Origin: Balanoglossus misakiensis
Lineage: Eukaryota > Animalia > Hemichordata
NCBI GenBank assembly: GCA_040954595.2
Contig: CM082576.2
Coordinates: forward strand, 16,911,028-16,975,027
Direction of reading: 5' to 3'
DNA length: 64,000 nt
Position 1 is the stretch's first letter. Every line of letters starts with the position of its first letter. This document shows positions 9,401 to 24,400 of this stretch, piece by piece. A program made the translations under genes and the position numbers. The notes beneath the pieces are model-generated. The model was given only the letters and a program-made list of their open reading frames with translations, was not told where the DNA came from and made no database searches.

Positions 9401-12400
9401 GGCTGAAAGCTTACTTTCCTGAGACTGTTTGAGCCAATGACGGGTAAGACCGCTTATGAAGTGGTGACCTAAGACAGGCGACAGTCAGGCTTCACTTACA
9501 AAAAGTGGAAAATATAATAGCTACATTGGTAGGCTGAAAGCGTACTTTCCTGAGACTGTTTGAGCCAATGACGGGTAAGACCGCTTATGAAGTGGTGACC
9601 TAAGACAGGCGACAGTCAGGCTTCACTTACAAAAAGTGGAAAATGCTACATTGGTAGTCTGAAAGCTTACTCCCTCAGACTGTTTGAGCCAATGACGGGT
9701 AAGACCGCTTATGAAGTGGTGACCTAAGACAGGCGACAGTCAGGCTTCACTTACAAAAAGTGGAAAATAAAATAGCTACATTGGTAGGCTGAAAGCTTAC
9801 TCCCCGAGACTGTTTGAGCCAATGACGGGTAAGACCATTTATGAAGTGGTGACCTAAGACAGGCGACAGTCAGGCTTCACTTACAAAAAGTGGAAAATAT
9901 AATAGCTACATTGGTAGGCTGAAAGCTTACTCCCTGAGACTGTTTGAGCCAATGACGGGTAAGATCACTTATGAAGTGGTGACCTAAGACAGGCGACAGT
10001 CAGGCTTCACTTACAAAAAGTGGAAAATATAATAGCTACATTGGTAGGCTGAAAGCTTACTCCCTGAGACTGTTTGAGCCAATGACGGGTAAGACCGCTT
10101 ATGAAGTGGTGACCTAAGACAGGCGACAGTCAGGCTTCACTTACAAAAAGTGGAAAATATAATAGCTACATTGGTAGGCTGAAAGCTTACTTCCTCAGAC
10201 TGTTTGAGCCAATGATGGGTAAGACCGCTTTGAAGTGGTGACCTAAGACAGGCGACAGTCAGGCTTCACTTACAAAAAGTGGAAAATATAATAGCTACAT
10301 TGGTAGGCTGAAAGCTTACTCCCTGAGACTGTTTGAGCCAATGACGGGTAAGACCGCTTATGAAATGGTGACCTAAGACAGGCGACAGTCAGGCTTCACT
10401 TACAAAAAGTGGAAAATATAATAGCTACATTGGTAGGCTGAAAGCTTACTTCCTCAGACTGTTTGAGCCAATGACGGGTAAGACCGCTTATGAAGTGGTG
10501 ACCTAAGACAGGCGACAGTCAGGCTTCACTTACAAAAAGTGGAAAATATAATAGCTACATTGGTAGGCTGAAAGCTTACTCCCTGAGACTGTTTGAGCCA
10601 ATGACGGGTAAGACCGCTTATGAAGTGGTGACCTAAGACAGGCGACAGTCAGGCTTCACTTACAAAAAGTGGAAAATATAATAGCTACATTGGTAGGCTG
10701 AAAGCTTACTCCCTCAGACTGTTTGAGCCAATGACGGGTAAGACCGCTTATGAAGTGGTGACCTAAGACAGGCGACAGTCAGGCTTCACTTACAAAAAGT
10801 GGAAATTATAATAGCTACATTGGTAGGCTGAAAGCTTACTCCCTGAGACTTTTTGAGCCAATGACGGGTAAGACCGCTTATGAAGTGGTGACCTAAGACA
10901 GGCAACAGTCAGGCTTCACTTACAAAAAGTGGAAAATATAATAGCTACATTGGTAGGCTGAAAGCTTACTCCCTGAGACTGTTTGAGCCAATGACGGGTA
11001 AGACCGCTTATGAAGTGGTGACCTAAGACAGGCGACAGTCAGGCTTCACTTACAAAAAGTGGAAAATATAATAGCTACATTGGTAGGCTGAAAGCTTACT
11101 TTCCTGAGACTGTTTGAGCCAATGACGGGTAAGACCGCTTATGAAGTGGTGACCTAAGACAGGCGACAGTCAGGCTTCACTTACAAAAAGTGGAAAATGC
11201 TACATTGGTAGGCTGAAAGCTTACTCCCTCAGACTGTTTGAGCCAATGACGGGTAAGACCGCTTATGAAGTGGTGACCTAAGACAGGCGACAGTCAGGCT
11301 TCACTTACAAAAAGTGGAAAATATAATAGCTACATTGGTAGGCTGAAAGCTTACTTCCTCAGACTGTTTGAGCCAATGATGGGTAAGACCGCTTTGAAGT
11401 GGTGACCTAAGACAGGCGACAGTCAGGCTTCACTTACAAAAAGTGGAAAATATAATAGCTACATTGGTAGGCTGAAAGCTTACTCCCTGAGACTGTTTGA
11501 GCCAATGACGGGTAAGACCGCTTATGAAATGGTGACCTAAGACAGGCGACAGTCAGGCTTCACTTACAAAAAGTGGAAAATATAATAGCTACATTGGTAG
11601 GCTGAAAGCTTACTTCCTCAGACTGTTTGAGCCAATGACGGGTAAGACCGCTTATGAAGTGGTGACCTAAGACAGGCGACAGTCAGGCTTCACTTACAAA
11701 AAGTGGAAAATATAATAGCTACATTGGTAGGCTGAAAGCTTACTCCCTGAGACTGTTTGAGCCAATGACGGGTAAGACCGCTTATGAAGTGGTGACCTAA
11801 GACAGGCGACAGTCAGGCTTCACTTACAAAAAGTGGAAAATATAATAGCTACATTGGTAGGCTGAAAGCTTACTCCCTGAGACTGTTTGAGCCAATGACG
11901 GGTAAGACCGCTTATGAAGTGGTGACCTAAGACAGGCGACAGTCAGGCTTCACTTACAAAAAGTGGAAAATATAATAGCTACATTGGTAGGCTGAAAGCT
12001 TACTCCCTCAGACTGTTTGAGCCAATGACGGGTAAGACCGCTTATGAAGTGGTGACCTAAGACAGGCGACAGTCAGGCTTCACTTACAAAAAGTGGAAAT
12101 TATAATAGCTACATTGGTAGGCTGAAAGCTTACTCCCTGAGACTTTTTGAGCCAATGACGGGTAAGACCGCTTATGAAGTGGTGACCTAAGACAGGCAAC
12201 AGTCAGGCTTCACTTACAAAAAGTGGAAAATATAATAGCTACATTGGTAGGCTGAAAGCTTACTCCCTGAGACTGTTTGAGCCAATGACGGGTAAGACCG
12301 CTTATGAAGTGGTGACCTAAGACAGGCGACAGTCAGGCTTCACTTACAAAAAGTGGAAAATATAATAGCTACATTGGTAGGCTGAAAGCTTACTTTCCTG

Positions 12401-15400
12401 AGACTGTTTGAGCCAATGACGGGTAAGACCGCTTATGAAGTGGTGACCTAAGACAGGCGACAGTCAGGCTTCACTTACAAAAAGTGGAAAATGCTACATT
12501 GGTAGGCTGAAAGCTTACTCCCTCAGACTGTTTGAGCCAATGACGGGTAAGACCGCTTATGAAGTGGTGACCTAAGACAGGCGACAGTCAGGCTTCACTT
12601 ACAAAAAGTGGAAAATATAATAGCTACATTGGTAGGCTGAAAGCTTACTCCCTGAGACTGTTTGAGCCAATGACGGGTAAGACCATTTATGAAGTGGTGA
12701 CCTAAGACAGTCGACTGTCAGGCTTCACTTACAAAAAGTGGAAAATATAATAGCTACATTGGTAGGCTGAAAGCTTACTCCCTGAGACTGTTTGAGCCAA
12801 TGACGGGTAAGATCACTTATGAAGTGGTGACCTAAGACAGGCGACAGTCAGGCTTCACTTACAAAAAGTGGAAAATATAATAGCTACATTGGTAGGCTGA
12901 AAGCTTACTCCCTGAGACTGTTTGAGCCAATGACGGGTAAGACCGCTTATGAAGTGGTGACCTAAGACAGGCGACACTCAGGCTTCACTTACAAAAAGTG
13001 GAAAATATAATAGCTACATTGGTAGGCTGAAAGCTTACTTCCTCAGACTGTTTGAGCCAATGATGGGTAAGACCGCTTTGAAGTGGTGAACTAAGACAGG
13101 CGACAGTCAGGCTTCACTTACAAAAAGTGGAAAATATAATAGCTACATTGGTAGGCTGAAAGCTTACTCCCTGAGACTGTTTGAGCCAATGACGGGTAAG
13201 ACCGCTTATGAAGTGGTGACCTAAGACAGGCGACAGTCAGGCTTCACTTACAAAAAGTGGAAAATATAATAGCTACATTCTGTAGGCTGAGAGCTTACTT
13301 CCTCAGACTGTTTGAGCCAATGACGGGTAAGACCGCTTATGAAGTGGTGACCTAAGACAGGCGACAGTCAGGCTTCACTTACAAAAAGTGGAAAATATAA
13401 TAGCTACATTGGTAGGCTGAAAGCTTACTCCCTGAGACTGTTTGAGCCAATGACGGGTAAGACCGCTTATGAAGTGGTGACCTAAGACAGGCGACAGTCA
13501 GGCTTCACTTACAAAAAGTGGAAAATATAATAGCTATATTGGTAGGCTGAAAGCTTACTCCCTCAGACTGTTTGAGCCAATGACGGGTAAGACCGCTTAT
13601 GAAGTGGTGACCTAAGACAGGCGACAGTCAGGCTTCACTTACAAAAAGTGGAAAAATATAATAGCTACATTGGTAGGCTGAAAGCTTACTCCCTGAGACT
13701 GTTTGAGCCAATGACGGGTAAGACCGCTTATGAAGTGGTGACCTAAGACAGGCGACAGTCAGGCTTCACTTACAAAAAGTGGAAAATATAATAGCTACAT
13801 TGGTAGGCTGAAAGCTTACTTCCTGAGACTGTTTGAGCCAATGACGGGTAAGACCGCTTATGAAGTGGTGACCTAAGACAGGCGACAGTCAGGCTTCACT
13901 TACAAAAAGTGGAAAATATAATAGCTACATTGGTAGGCTGAAAGCTTACTCCCTCAGACTGTTTGAGCCAATGACGGGTAAGACCACTTATGAAGTGGTG
14001 ACCTAAGACAGGCGACAGTCAGGCTTCACTAACAAAAAGTGGAAAATATAATAGCTACATTGGTAGGCTGATGGCTTACTCCCTGAGACTTTTTGAGCCA
14101 ATGACGGGTAAGACCACTTATGAAGTGGTGACCTAAGACAGGCGACAGTCAGGCTTCACTTACAAAAAGTGGAAAATATAATAGCTACATTGGTAGGCTG
14201 AAAGCTTACTCCCTGAGACTGTTTGAGCCAATGACGGGTAAGACCACTTATGAAGTGGTGACCTAAGACAGGCGACAGTCAGGCTTCACTTACAAAAAGT
14301 GGAAAATATAATAGCTACATTGGTAGGCTGAAAGCTTACTCCCTGAGACTGTTTGAGCCAATGACGGGTAAGACCGCTTATGAAGTGGTGACCTAAGACA
14401 GGCGACAGTCAGGCTTCACTTACAAAAAGTGGAAAATATAATAGCTACATTGGTAGGCTGAAAGCTTACTTCCTCAGACTGTTTGAGCCAATGATGGGTA
14501 AGACCGCTTTGAAGTGGTGACCTAAGACAGGCGACAGTCAGGCTTCACTTACAAAAAGTGGAAAATATAATAGCTACATTGGTAGGCTGAAAGCTTACTC
14601 CCTGAGACTGTTTGAGCCAATGACGGGTAAGACCGCTTATGAAGTGGTGACCTAAGACAGGCGACAGTCAGGCTTCACTTACAAAAAGTGGAAAATATAA
14701 TAGCTACATTGGTAGGCTGAAAGCTTACTTCCTCAGACTGTTTGAGCCAATGACGGGTAAGACCGCTTATGAAGTGGTGACCTAAGACAGGCGACAGTCA
14801 GGCTTCACTTACAAAAAGTGGAAAATATAATAGCTACATTGGTAGGCTGAAAGCTTACTCCCTGAGACTGTTTGAGCCAATGACGGGTAAGACCGCTTAT
14901 GAAGTGGTGACCTAAGACAGGCGACAGTCAGGCTTCACTTACAAAAAGTGGAAAATATAATAGCTACATTGGTAGGCTGAAAGCTTACTCCCTGAGACTG
15001 TTTGAGCCAATGACGGGTAAGACCACTTATGAAGTGGTGACCTAAGACAGGCGACAGTCAGGCTTCACTTACAAAAAGTGGAAAATATAATAGCTACATT
15101 GGTAGGCTGAAAGCTTACTCCCTGAGACTGTTTGAGCCAATGACGGGTAAGACCGCTTATGAAGTGGTGACCTAAGACAGGCGACAGTCAGGCTTCACTT
15201 ACAAAAAGTGGAAAATATAATAGCTACATTGGTAGGCTGAAAGCTTACTTCCTCAGACTGTTTGAGCCAATGATGGGTAAGACCGCTTTGAAGTGGTGAC
15301 CTAAGACAGGCGACAGTCAGGCTTCACTTACAAAAAGTGGAAAATATAATAGCTACATTGGTAGGCTGAAAGCTTACTCCCTGAGACTGTTTGAGCCAAT

Positions 15401-18400
15401 GACGGGTAAGACCGCTTATGAAGTGGTGACCTAAGACAGGCGACAGTCAGGCTTCACTTACAAAAAGTGGAAAATATAATAGCTACATTGGTAGGCTGAA
15501 AGCTTACTTCCTCAGACTGTTTGAGCCAATGACGGGTAAGACCGCTTATGAAGTGGTGACCTAAGACAGGCGACAGTCAGGCTTCACTTACAAAAAGTGG
15601 AAAATATAATAGCTACATTGGTAGGCTGAAAGCTTACTCCCTGAGACTGTTTGAGCCAATGACGGGTAAGACCGCTTATGAAGTGGTGACCTAAGACAGG
15701 CGACAGTCAGGCTTCACTTACAAAAAGTGGAAAATATAATAGCTACATTGGTAGGCTGAAAGCTTACTCCCTCAGACTGTTTGAGCCAATGACGGGTAAG
15801 ACCGCTTATGAAGTGGTGACCTAAGACAGGCGACAGTCAGGCTTCACTTACAAAAAGTGGAAAATATAATAGCTACATTGGTAGGCTGAAAGCTTACTCC
15901 CTCAGACTGTTTGAGCCAATGACGGGTAAGACCGCTTATGAAGTGGTGACCTAAGACAGGCGACAGTCAGGCTTCACTTACAAAAAGTGGAAAAATATAA
16001 TAGCTACATTGGTAGGCTGAAAGCTTACTCCCTGAGACTGTTTGAGCCAATGACGGGTAAGACCGCTTATGAAGTGGTGACCTAAGACAGGCGACAGTCA
16101 GGCTTCACTTACAAAAAGTGGAAAATATAATAGCTACATTGGTAGGCTGAAAGCTTACTTCCTGAGACTGTTTGAGCCAATGACGGGTAAGACCGCTTAT
16201 GAAGTGGTGACCTAAGACAGGCGACAATCAGGCTTCACTTACAAAAGTGGAAAATATAATAGCTACATTGGTAGGCTGAAAGCTTACTCCCTCAGACTGT
16301 TTGAGCCAATGACGGGTAAGACCACTTATGAAGTGGTGACCTAAGACAGGCGACAGTCAGGCTTCACTAACAAAAAGTGGAAAATATAATAGCTACATTG
16401 GTAGGCTGAAAGCTTACTTCCTGAGACTGTTTGAGCCAATGACGGGTAAGACCGCTTATGAAGTGGTGACCTAAGACAGGCGACAATCAGGCTTCACTTA
16501 CAAAAAGTGGAAAATATAATAGCTACATTGGTAGGCTGAAAGCTTACTCCCTGAGACTGTTTGAGCCAATGACGGGTAAGACCACTTATGAAGTGGTGAC
16601 CTAAGACAGGCGACAGTCAGGCTTCACTTACAAAAAGTGGAAAATATAATAGCTACATTGGTAGGCTGAAAGCTTACTCCCTGAGACTGTTTGAGCCAAT
16701 GACGGGTAAGACCGCTTATGAAGTGGTGACCTAAGACAGGCGACAGTCAGGCTTCACTTACAAAAAGTGGAAAATATAATAGCTACATTGGTAGGCTGAA
16801 AGCTTACTCCCTGAGACTGTTTGAGCCAATGACGGGTAAGACCGCTTATGAAGTGGTGGCCTAAGACAGGCGACACTCAGGCTTCACTTACAAAAAGTGG
16901 AAAAATATAATAGCTACATTGGTAGGCTGAAAGCTTACTTCCTGAGACTGTTTGAGCCAATGACGGGTAAGACCGCTTATGAAGTGGTGACCTAAGACAG
17001 GCGACAGTCAGGCTTCACTTACAAAAAGTGGAAAATATAATAGCTACATTGGTAGGCTGAAAGCTTACTCCCTCAGACTGTTTGAGCCAATGACGGGTAA
17101 GACCGCTTATGAAGTGGTGACCTAAGACAGGCGACAGTCAGGCTTCACTTACAAAAAGTGGAAAATATAATAGCTACATTGGTAGGCTGAAAGCTTACTC
17201 CCTCAGACTGTTTGAGCCAATGACGGGTAAGACCACTTATGAAGTGGTGACCTAAGACAGGCGACAGTCAGGCTTCACTTACAAAAAGTGGAAAAATATA
17301 ATAGCTACATTGGTAGGCTGAAAGCTTACTCCCTGAGACTGTTTGAGCCAATGACGGGTAAGACCGCTTATGAAGTGGTGACCTAAGACAGGCGACAGTC
17401 TTGCTTCACTTACAAAACGTGGAAAATATAATAGCTACATTGGTAGGCTGAAAGCTTACTTCCTGAGACTGTTTGAGCCAATGACGGGTAAGACCGCTTA
17501 TGAAGTGGTGACCTAAGACAGGCGACAGTCAGGCTTCACTTACAAAAAGTGGAAAATATAATAGCTACATTGGTAGGCTGAAAGCTTACTCCCTCAGACT
17601 GTTTGAGCCAATGACGGGTAAGACCACTTATGAAGTGGTGACCTAAGACAGGCGACAGTCAGGCTTCACTAACAAAAAGTGGAAAATATAATAGCTACAT
17701 TGGTAGGCTGATAGCTTACTCCCTGAGACTGTTTGAGCCAATGACGGGTAAGACCGCTTATGAAGTGGTGACCTAAGACAGGCGACAGTCAGGCTTCACT
17801 TACAAAAAGTGGAAAATATAATAGCTACATTGGTAGGCTGAAAGCTTACTCCCTCAGACTGTTTGAGCCAATGACGGGTAAGACCACTTATGAAGTGGTG
17901 ACCTAAGACAGGCGACAGTCAGGCTTCACTAACAAAAAGTGGAAAATATAATAGCTACATTGGTAGGCTGATAGCTTACTCCCTGAGACTGTTTGAGCCA
18001 ATGACGGGTAAGACCGCTTATGAAGTGGTGACCTAAGACAGGCGACAGTCAGGCTTCACTTACAAAAAGTGGAAAATATAATAGCTACATTGGTAGGCTG
18101 AAAGCTTACTTCCTCAGACTGTTTGAGCCAATGACGGGTAAGACCGCTTATGAAGTGGTGACCTAAGACAGGCGACAGTCAGGCTTCACTTACAAAAAGT
18201 GGAAAATATAATAGCTACATTGGTAGGCTGAAAGCTTACTCCCTGAGACTGTTTGAGCCAATGACGGGTAAGACCGCTTATGAAGTGGTGACCTAAGACA
18301 GGCGACACTCAGGCTTCACTTACAAAAAGTGGAAAATATAATAGCTACATTGGTAGGCTGAAAGCTTACTCCCTGAGACTGTTTGAGCCAATGACGGGTA

Positions 18401-21400
18401 AGACCGCTTATGAAGTGGTGGCCTAAGACAGGCGACACTCAGGCTTCACTTACAAAAAGTGGAAAATATAATAGCTACATTGGTAGGCTGAAAGCTTACT
18501 TCCTGAGACTGTTTGAGCCAATGACGGGTAAGACCGCTTATGAAGTGGTGGCCTAAGACAGGCGACACTCAGGCTTCACTTACAAAAAGTGGAAAAATAT
18601 AATAGCTACATTGGTAGGCTGAAAGCTTACTTCCTGAGACTGTTTGAGCCAATGACGGGTAAGACCGCTTATGAAGTGGTGACCTAAGACAGGCGACAGT
18701 CAGGCTTCACTTACAAAAAGCGGAAAATATAATAGCTACATTGGTAGGCTGAAAGCTTACTTCCTGAGACTGTTTGAGCCAATGACGGGTAAGACCGCTT
18801 ATGAAGTGGTGACCTAAGACAGGCGACAGTCAGGCTTCACTTACAAAAAGTGGAAAATATAATAGCTACATTGGTAGGCTGAAAGCTTACTCCCTCAGAC
18901 TGTTTGAGCCAATGACGGGTAAGACCACTTATGAAGTGGTGACCTAAGACAGGCGACAGTCAGGCTTCACTAACAAAAAGTGGAAAATATAATAGCTACA
19001 TTGGTAGGCTGATAGCTTACTCCCTGAGACTGTTTGAGCCAATGACGGGTAAGACCGCTTATGAAGTGGTGACCTAAGACAGGCGACAGTCAGGCTTCAC
19101 TTACAAAAAGTGGAAAATATAATAGCTACATTGGTAGGCTGAATGCTTACTTCCTCAGACTGTTTGAGCCAATGACGGGTAAGACCGCTTATGAAGTGGT
19201 GACCTAAGACAGGCGACAGTCAGGCTTCACTTACAAAAAGTGGAAAATATAATAGCTACATTGGTAGGCTGAAAGCTTACTCCCTGAGACTGTTTGAGCC
19301 AATGACGGGTAAGACCGCTTATGAAGTGGTGACCTAAGACAGGCGACAGTCAGGCTTCACTTACAAAAAGTGGAAAATATAATAGCAACATTGGTAGGCT
19401 GAAAGCTTACTCCCTGAGACTGTTTGAGCCAATGACGGGTAAGACCGCTTATGAAGTGGTGACCTAAGACAGGCGACAGTCAGGCTTCACTTACAAAAAG
19501 TGGAAAATATAATAGCTACATTGGTAGGCTGAAAGCTTACTCCCTGAGACTGTTTGAGCCAATGACGGGTAAGACCGCTTATGAAGTGGTGACCTAAGAC
19601 AGGCGACAGTCAGGCTTCACTTACAAAAGTGGAAAATATAATAGCTACATTGGTAGGCTGAAAGCTTACTTCCTGAGACTGTTTGAGCCAATGACGGGTA
19701 AGACCGCTTATGAAGTGGTGACCTAAGACAGGCGACAGTCAGGCTTCACTTACAAAAAGTGGAAAATATAATAGCTACATTGGTAGGCTGAAAGCTTACT
19801 CCCTGAGACTGTTTGAGCCAATGACGGGTAAGACCACTTATGAAGTGGTGACCTAAGACAGGCGACAGTCAGGCTTCACTTACAAAACGTGGAAAATATA
19901 ATAGCTACATTGGTAGGCTGAAAGCTTACTCCCTGAGACTGTTTGAGCCAATGACGGGTAAGACCACTTATGAAGTGGTGACCTAAGACAGGCGACAGTC
20001 AGGGTTCACTTACAAAAAGTGGAAAATATAATAGCTACATTGGTAGGCTGAAAGCTTACTCCCTGAGACTGTTTGCGCCAATGACGGGTAAGACCGCTTA
20101 TGAAGTGGTGACCTAAGACAGGCGACACTCAGGCTTCACTTACAAAAAGTGGAAAATATAATAGCTACATTGGTAGGCTGAAAGCTTACTTCCTCAGACT
20201 GTTTGAGCCAATGATGGGTAAGACCGCTTTTGAAGTGGTGACCTAAGACAGGCGACAGTCAGGCTTCACTTACAAAAAGTGGAAAATATAATAGCTACAT
20301 TGGTAGGCTGAAAGCTTACTCCCTGAGACTGTTTGAGCCAATGACGGGTAAGACCGCTTATGAAGTGGTGACCTAAGACAGGCGACAGTCAGGCTTCACT
20401 TACAAAAAGTGGAAAATATAATAGCTACATTGGTAGGCTGAAAGCTTACTTCCTCAGACTGTTTGAGCCAATGACGGGTAAGACCGCTTATGAAGTGGTG
20501 ACCTAAGACAGGCGACAGTCAGGCTTCACTTACAAAAAGTGGAAAATATAATAGCTACATTGGTAGGCTGAAAGCTTACTCCCTGAGACTGTTTGAGCCA
20601 ATGACGGGTAAGACCGCTTATGAAGTGGTGACCTAAGACAGGCGACAGTCAGGCTTCACTTACAAAAAGTGGAAAATATAATAGCTACATTGGTAGGCTG
20701 AAAGCTTACTCCCTCAGACTGTTTGAGCCAATGACGGGTAAGACCGCTTATGAAGTGGTGACCTAAGACAGGCGACAGTCAGGCTTCACTTACAAAAAGT
20801 GGAAAATATAATAGCTACATTGGTAGGCTGAAAGCTTACTCCCTGAGACTGTTTGAGCCAATGACAGGTAAGACCACTTATGAAGTGGTGACCTAAGACA
20901 GGCGACAGTCAGGCTTCACTTACAAAAAGTGGAAAATATAATAGCTACATTGGTAGGCTGAAAGCTTACTCCCTGAGACTGTTTGAGCCAATGACGGGTA
21001 AGACCGATTATGAAGTGGTGACCTAAGACAGGCGACACTCAGGCTTCACTTACAAAAAGTGGAAAATATAATAGCTACATTGGTAGGCTGAAAGCTTACT
21101 CCCTGAGACTGTTTGAGCCAATGACGGGTAAGACCGCTTATGAAGTGGTGGCCTAAGACAGGTGACACTCAGGCTTCACTTACAAAAAGAGGAAAATATA
21201 ATAGCTACATTGGTAGGCTGAAAGCTTACTTCCTGAGACTGTTTGAGCCAATGACGGGTAAGACCGCTTATGAAGTGGTGACCTAAGACAGGCGACAGTC
21301 AGGCTTCACTTACAAAAAGTGGAAAATATAATAGCTACATTGGTAGGCTGAAAGCTTACTCCCTGAGACTGTTTGAGCCAATGACGGGTAAGACCGCTTA

Positions 21401-24400
21401 TGAAGTGGTGACCTATGACAGGCGACAGTCAGGCTTCACTTACAAAAAGTGGAAAATATAATAGCTACATTGGTAGGCTGAAAGCTTACTTCCTGAGACT
21501 GTTTGAGCCAATGACGGGTAAGACCGCTTATGAAGTGGTGACCTAAGACAGGCGACAGTCAGGCTTCACTTACAAAAAGTGGAAAATATAATAGCTACAT
21601 TGGTAGGCTGAAAGCTTACTTCCTCAGACTGTTTGAGCCAATGATGGGTAAGACCGCTTTTGAAGTGGTGACCTAAGACAGGCGACAGTCAGGCTTCACT
21701 TACAAAAAGTGGAAAATATAATAGCTACATTGGTAGGCTGAAAGCTTACTCCCTGAGACTGTTTGAGCCAATGACGGGTAAGACCGCTTATGAAGTGGTG
21801 ACCTAAGACAGGCGACAGTCAGGCTTCACTTACAAAAAGTGGAAAATATAATAGCTACATTGGTAGGCTGAAAGCTTACTTCCTCAGACTGTTTGAGCCA
21901 ATGACGGGTAAGACCGCTTATGAAGTGGTGACCTAAGACAGGCGACAGTCAGGCTTCACTTACAAAAAGTGGAAAATATAATAGCTACATTGGTAGGCTG
22001 AAAGCTTACTCCCTGAGACTGTTTGAGCCAATGACGGGTAAGACCGCTTATGAAGTGGTGACCTAAGACAGGCGACAGTCAGGCTTCACTTACAAAAAGT
22101 GGAAAATATAATAGCTACATTGGTAGGCTGAAAGCTTACTCCCTCAGACTGTTTGAGCCAATGACGGGTAAGACCGCTTATGAAGTGGTGACCTAAGACA
22201 GGCGACAGTCAGGCTTCACTTACAAAAAGTGGAAAATATAATAGCTACATTGGTAGGCTGAAAGCTTACTCCCTGAGACTGTTTGAGCCAATGACAGGTA
22301 AGACCACTTATGAAGTGGTGACCTAAGACAGGCGACAGTCAGGCTTCACTTACAAAAAGTGGAAAATATAATAGCTACATTGGTAGGCTGAAAGCTTACT
22401 CCCTGAGACTGTTTGAGCCAATGACGGGTAAGACCGATTATGAAGTGGTGACCTAAGACAGGCGACACTCAGGCTTCACTTACAAAAAGTGGAAAATATA
22501 ATAGCTACATTGGTAGGCTGAAAGCTTACTCCCTGAGACTGTTTGAGCCAATGACGGGTAAGACCGCTTATGAAGTGGTGGCCTAAGACAGGTGACACTC
22601 AGGCTTCACTTACAAAAAGAGGAAAATATAATAGCTACATTGGTAGGCTGAAAGCTTACTTCCTGAGACTGTTTGAGCCAATGACGGGTAAGACCGCTTA
22701 TGAAGTGGTGACCTAAGACAGGCGACAGTCAGGCTTCACTTACAAAAAGTGGAAAATATAATAGCTACATTGGTAGGCTGAAAGCTTACTCCCTGAGACT
22801 GTTTGAGCCAATGACGGGTAAGACCGCTTATGAAGTGGTGACCTATGACAGGCGACAGTCAGGCTTCACTTACAAAAAGTGGAAAATATAATAGCTACAT
22901 TGGTAGGCTGAAAGCTTACTTCCTGAGACTGTTTGAGCCAATGACGGGTAAGACCGCTTATGAAGTGGTGACCTAAGACAGGCGACAGTCAGGCTTCACT
23001 TACAAAAAGTGGAAAATATAATAGCTACATTGGTAGGCTGAAAGCTTACTTCCTCAGACTGTTTGAGCCAATGACGGGTAAGACCGCTTTTGAAGTAGTG
23101 ACCTAAGACAGGCGACAGTCAGGCTTCACTTACAAAAAGTGGAAAATATAATAGCTACATTGGTAGGCTGAAAGCTTACTTCCTGAGACTGTTTGAGCCA
23201 ATGACGGGTAAGACCGCTTATGAAGTGGTGACCTAAGACAGGCGACAGTCAGGCTTCACTTACAAAAAGTGGAAAATATAATAGCTACATTGGTAGGCTG
23301 AAAGCTTACTCCCTCAGACTGTTTGAGCCAATGACGGGTAAGACCACTTATGAAGTGGTGACCTAAGACAGGCGACAGTCAGGCTTCACTTACAAAAAGT
23401 GGAAAATATAATAGCTACATTGGTAGGCTGAAAGCTTACTCCCTGAGACTGTTTGAGCCAATGACGGGTAAGACCGCTTATGAAGTGGTGACCTAAGACA
23501 GGCGACAGTCAGGCTTCACTTACAAAAAGTGGAAAATATAATAGCTACATTGGTAGGCTGATAGCTTACTCCCTGAGACTGTTTGAGCCAATGACGGGTA
23601 AGACCGCTTATGAAGTGGTGACCTAAGACAGGCGACACTCAGGCTTCACTTACAAAGAGTGGAAAACATAATAGCTACATTGGTAGGCTGAAAGCTTACT
23701 CCCTGAGACTGTTTGAGCCAATGACGGGTAAGACCGCTTATGAAGTGGTGACCTAAGACAGGCGACAGTCAGGCTTCACTTACAAAAAGTGGAAAATATA
23801 ATGGCTACATTGGTAGGCTGATAGCTTACTCCCTGAGACTGTTTGAGCCAATGACGGGTAAGACCGCTTATGAAGTGGTGACCTAAGACAGGCGACACTC
23901 AGGCTTCACTTACAAAAAGTGGAAAATATAATAGCTACATTGGTAGGCTGAAAGCTTACTTCCTCAGACTGTTTGAGCCAATGATGGGTAAGACCGCTTT
24001 TGAAGTGGTGACCTAAGACAGGCGACAGTCAGGCTTCACTTACAAAAAGTGGAAAATATAATAGCTACATTGGTAGGCTGAAAGCTTACTCCCTGAGACT
24101 GTTTGAGCCAATGACGGGTAAGACCGCTTATGAAGTGTTGACCTAAGACAGGCGACAGTCAGGCTTCACTTACAAAAAGTGGAAAATATAATAGCTACAT
24201 TGGTAGGCTGAAAGCTTACTTCCTCAGACTGTTTGAGCCAATGACGGGTAAGACCGCTTATGAAGTGGTGACCTAAGACAGGCGACAGTCAGGCTTCACT
24301 TACAAAAAGTGGAAAATATAATAGCTACATTGGTAGGCTGAAAGCTTACTCCCTGAGACTGTTTGAGCCAATGACGGGTAAGACCGCTTATGAAGTGGTG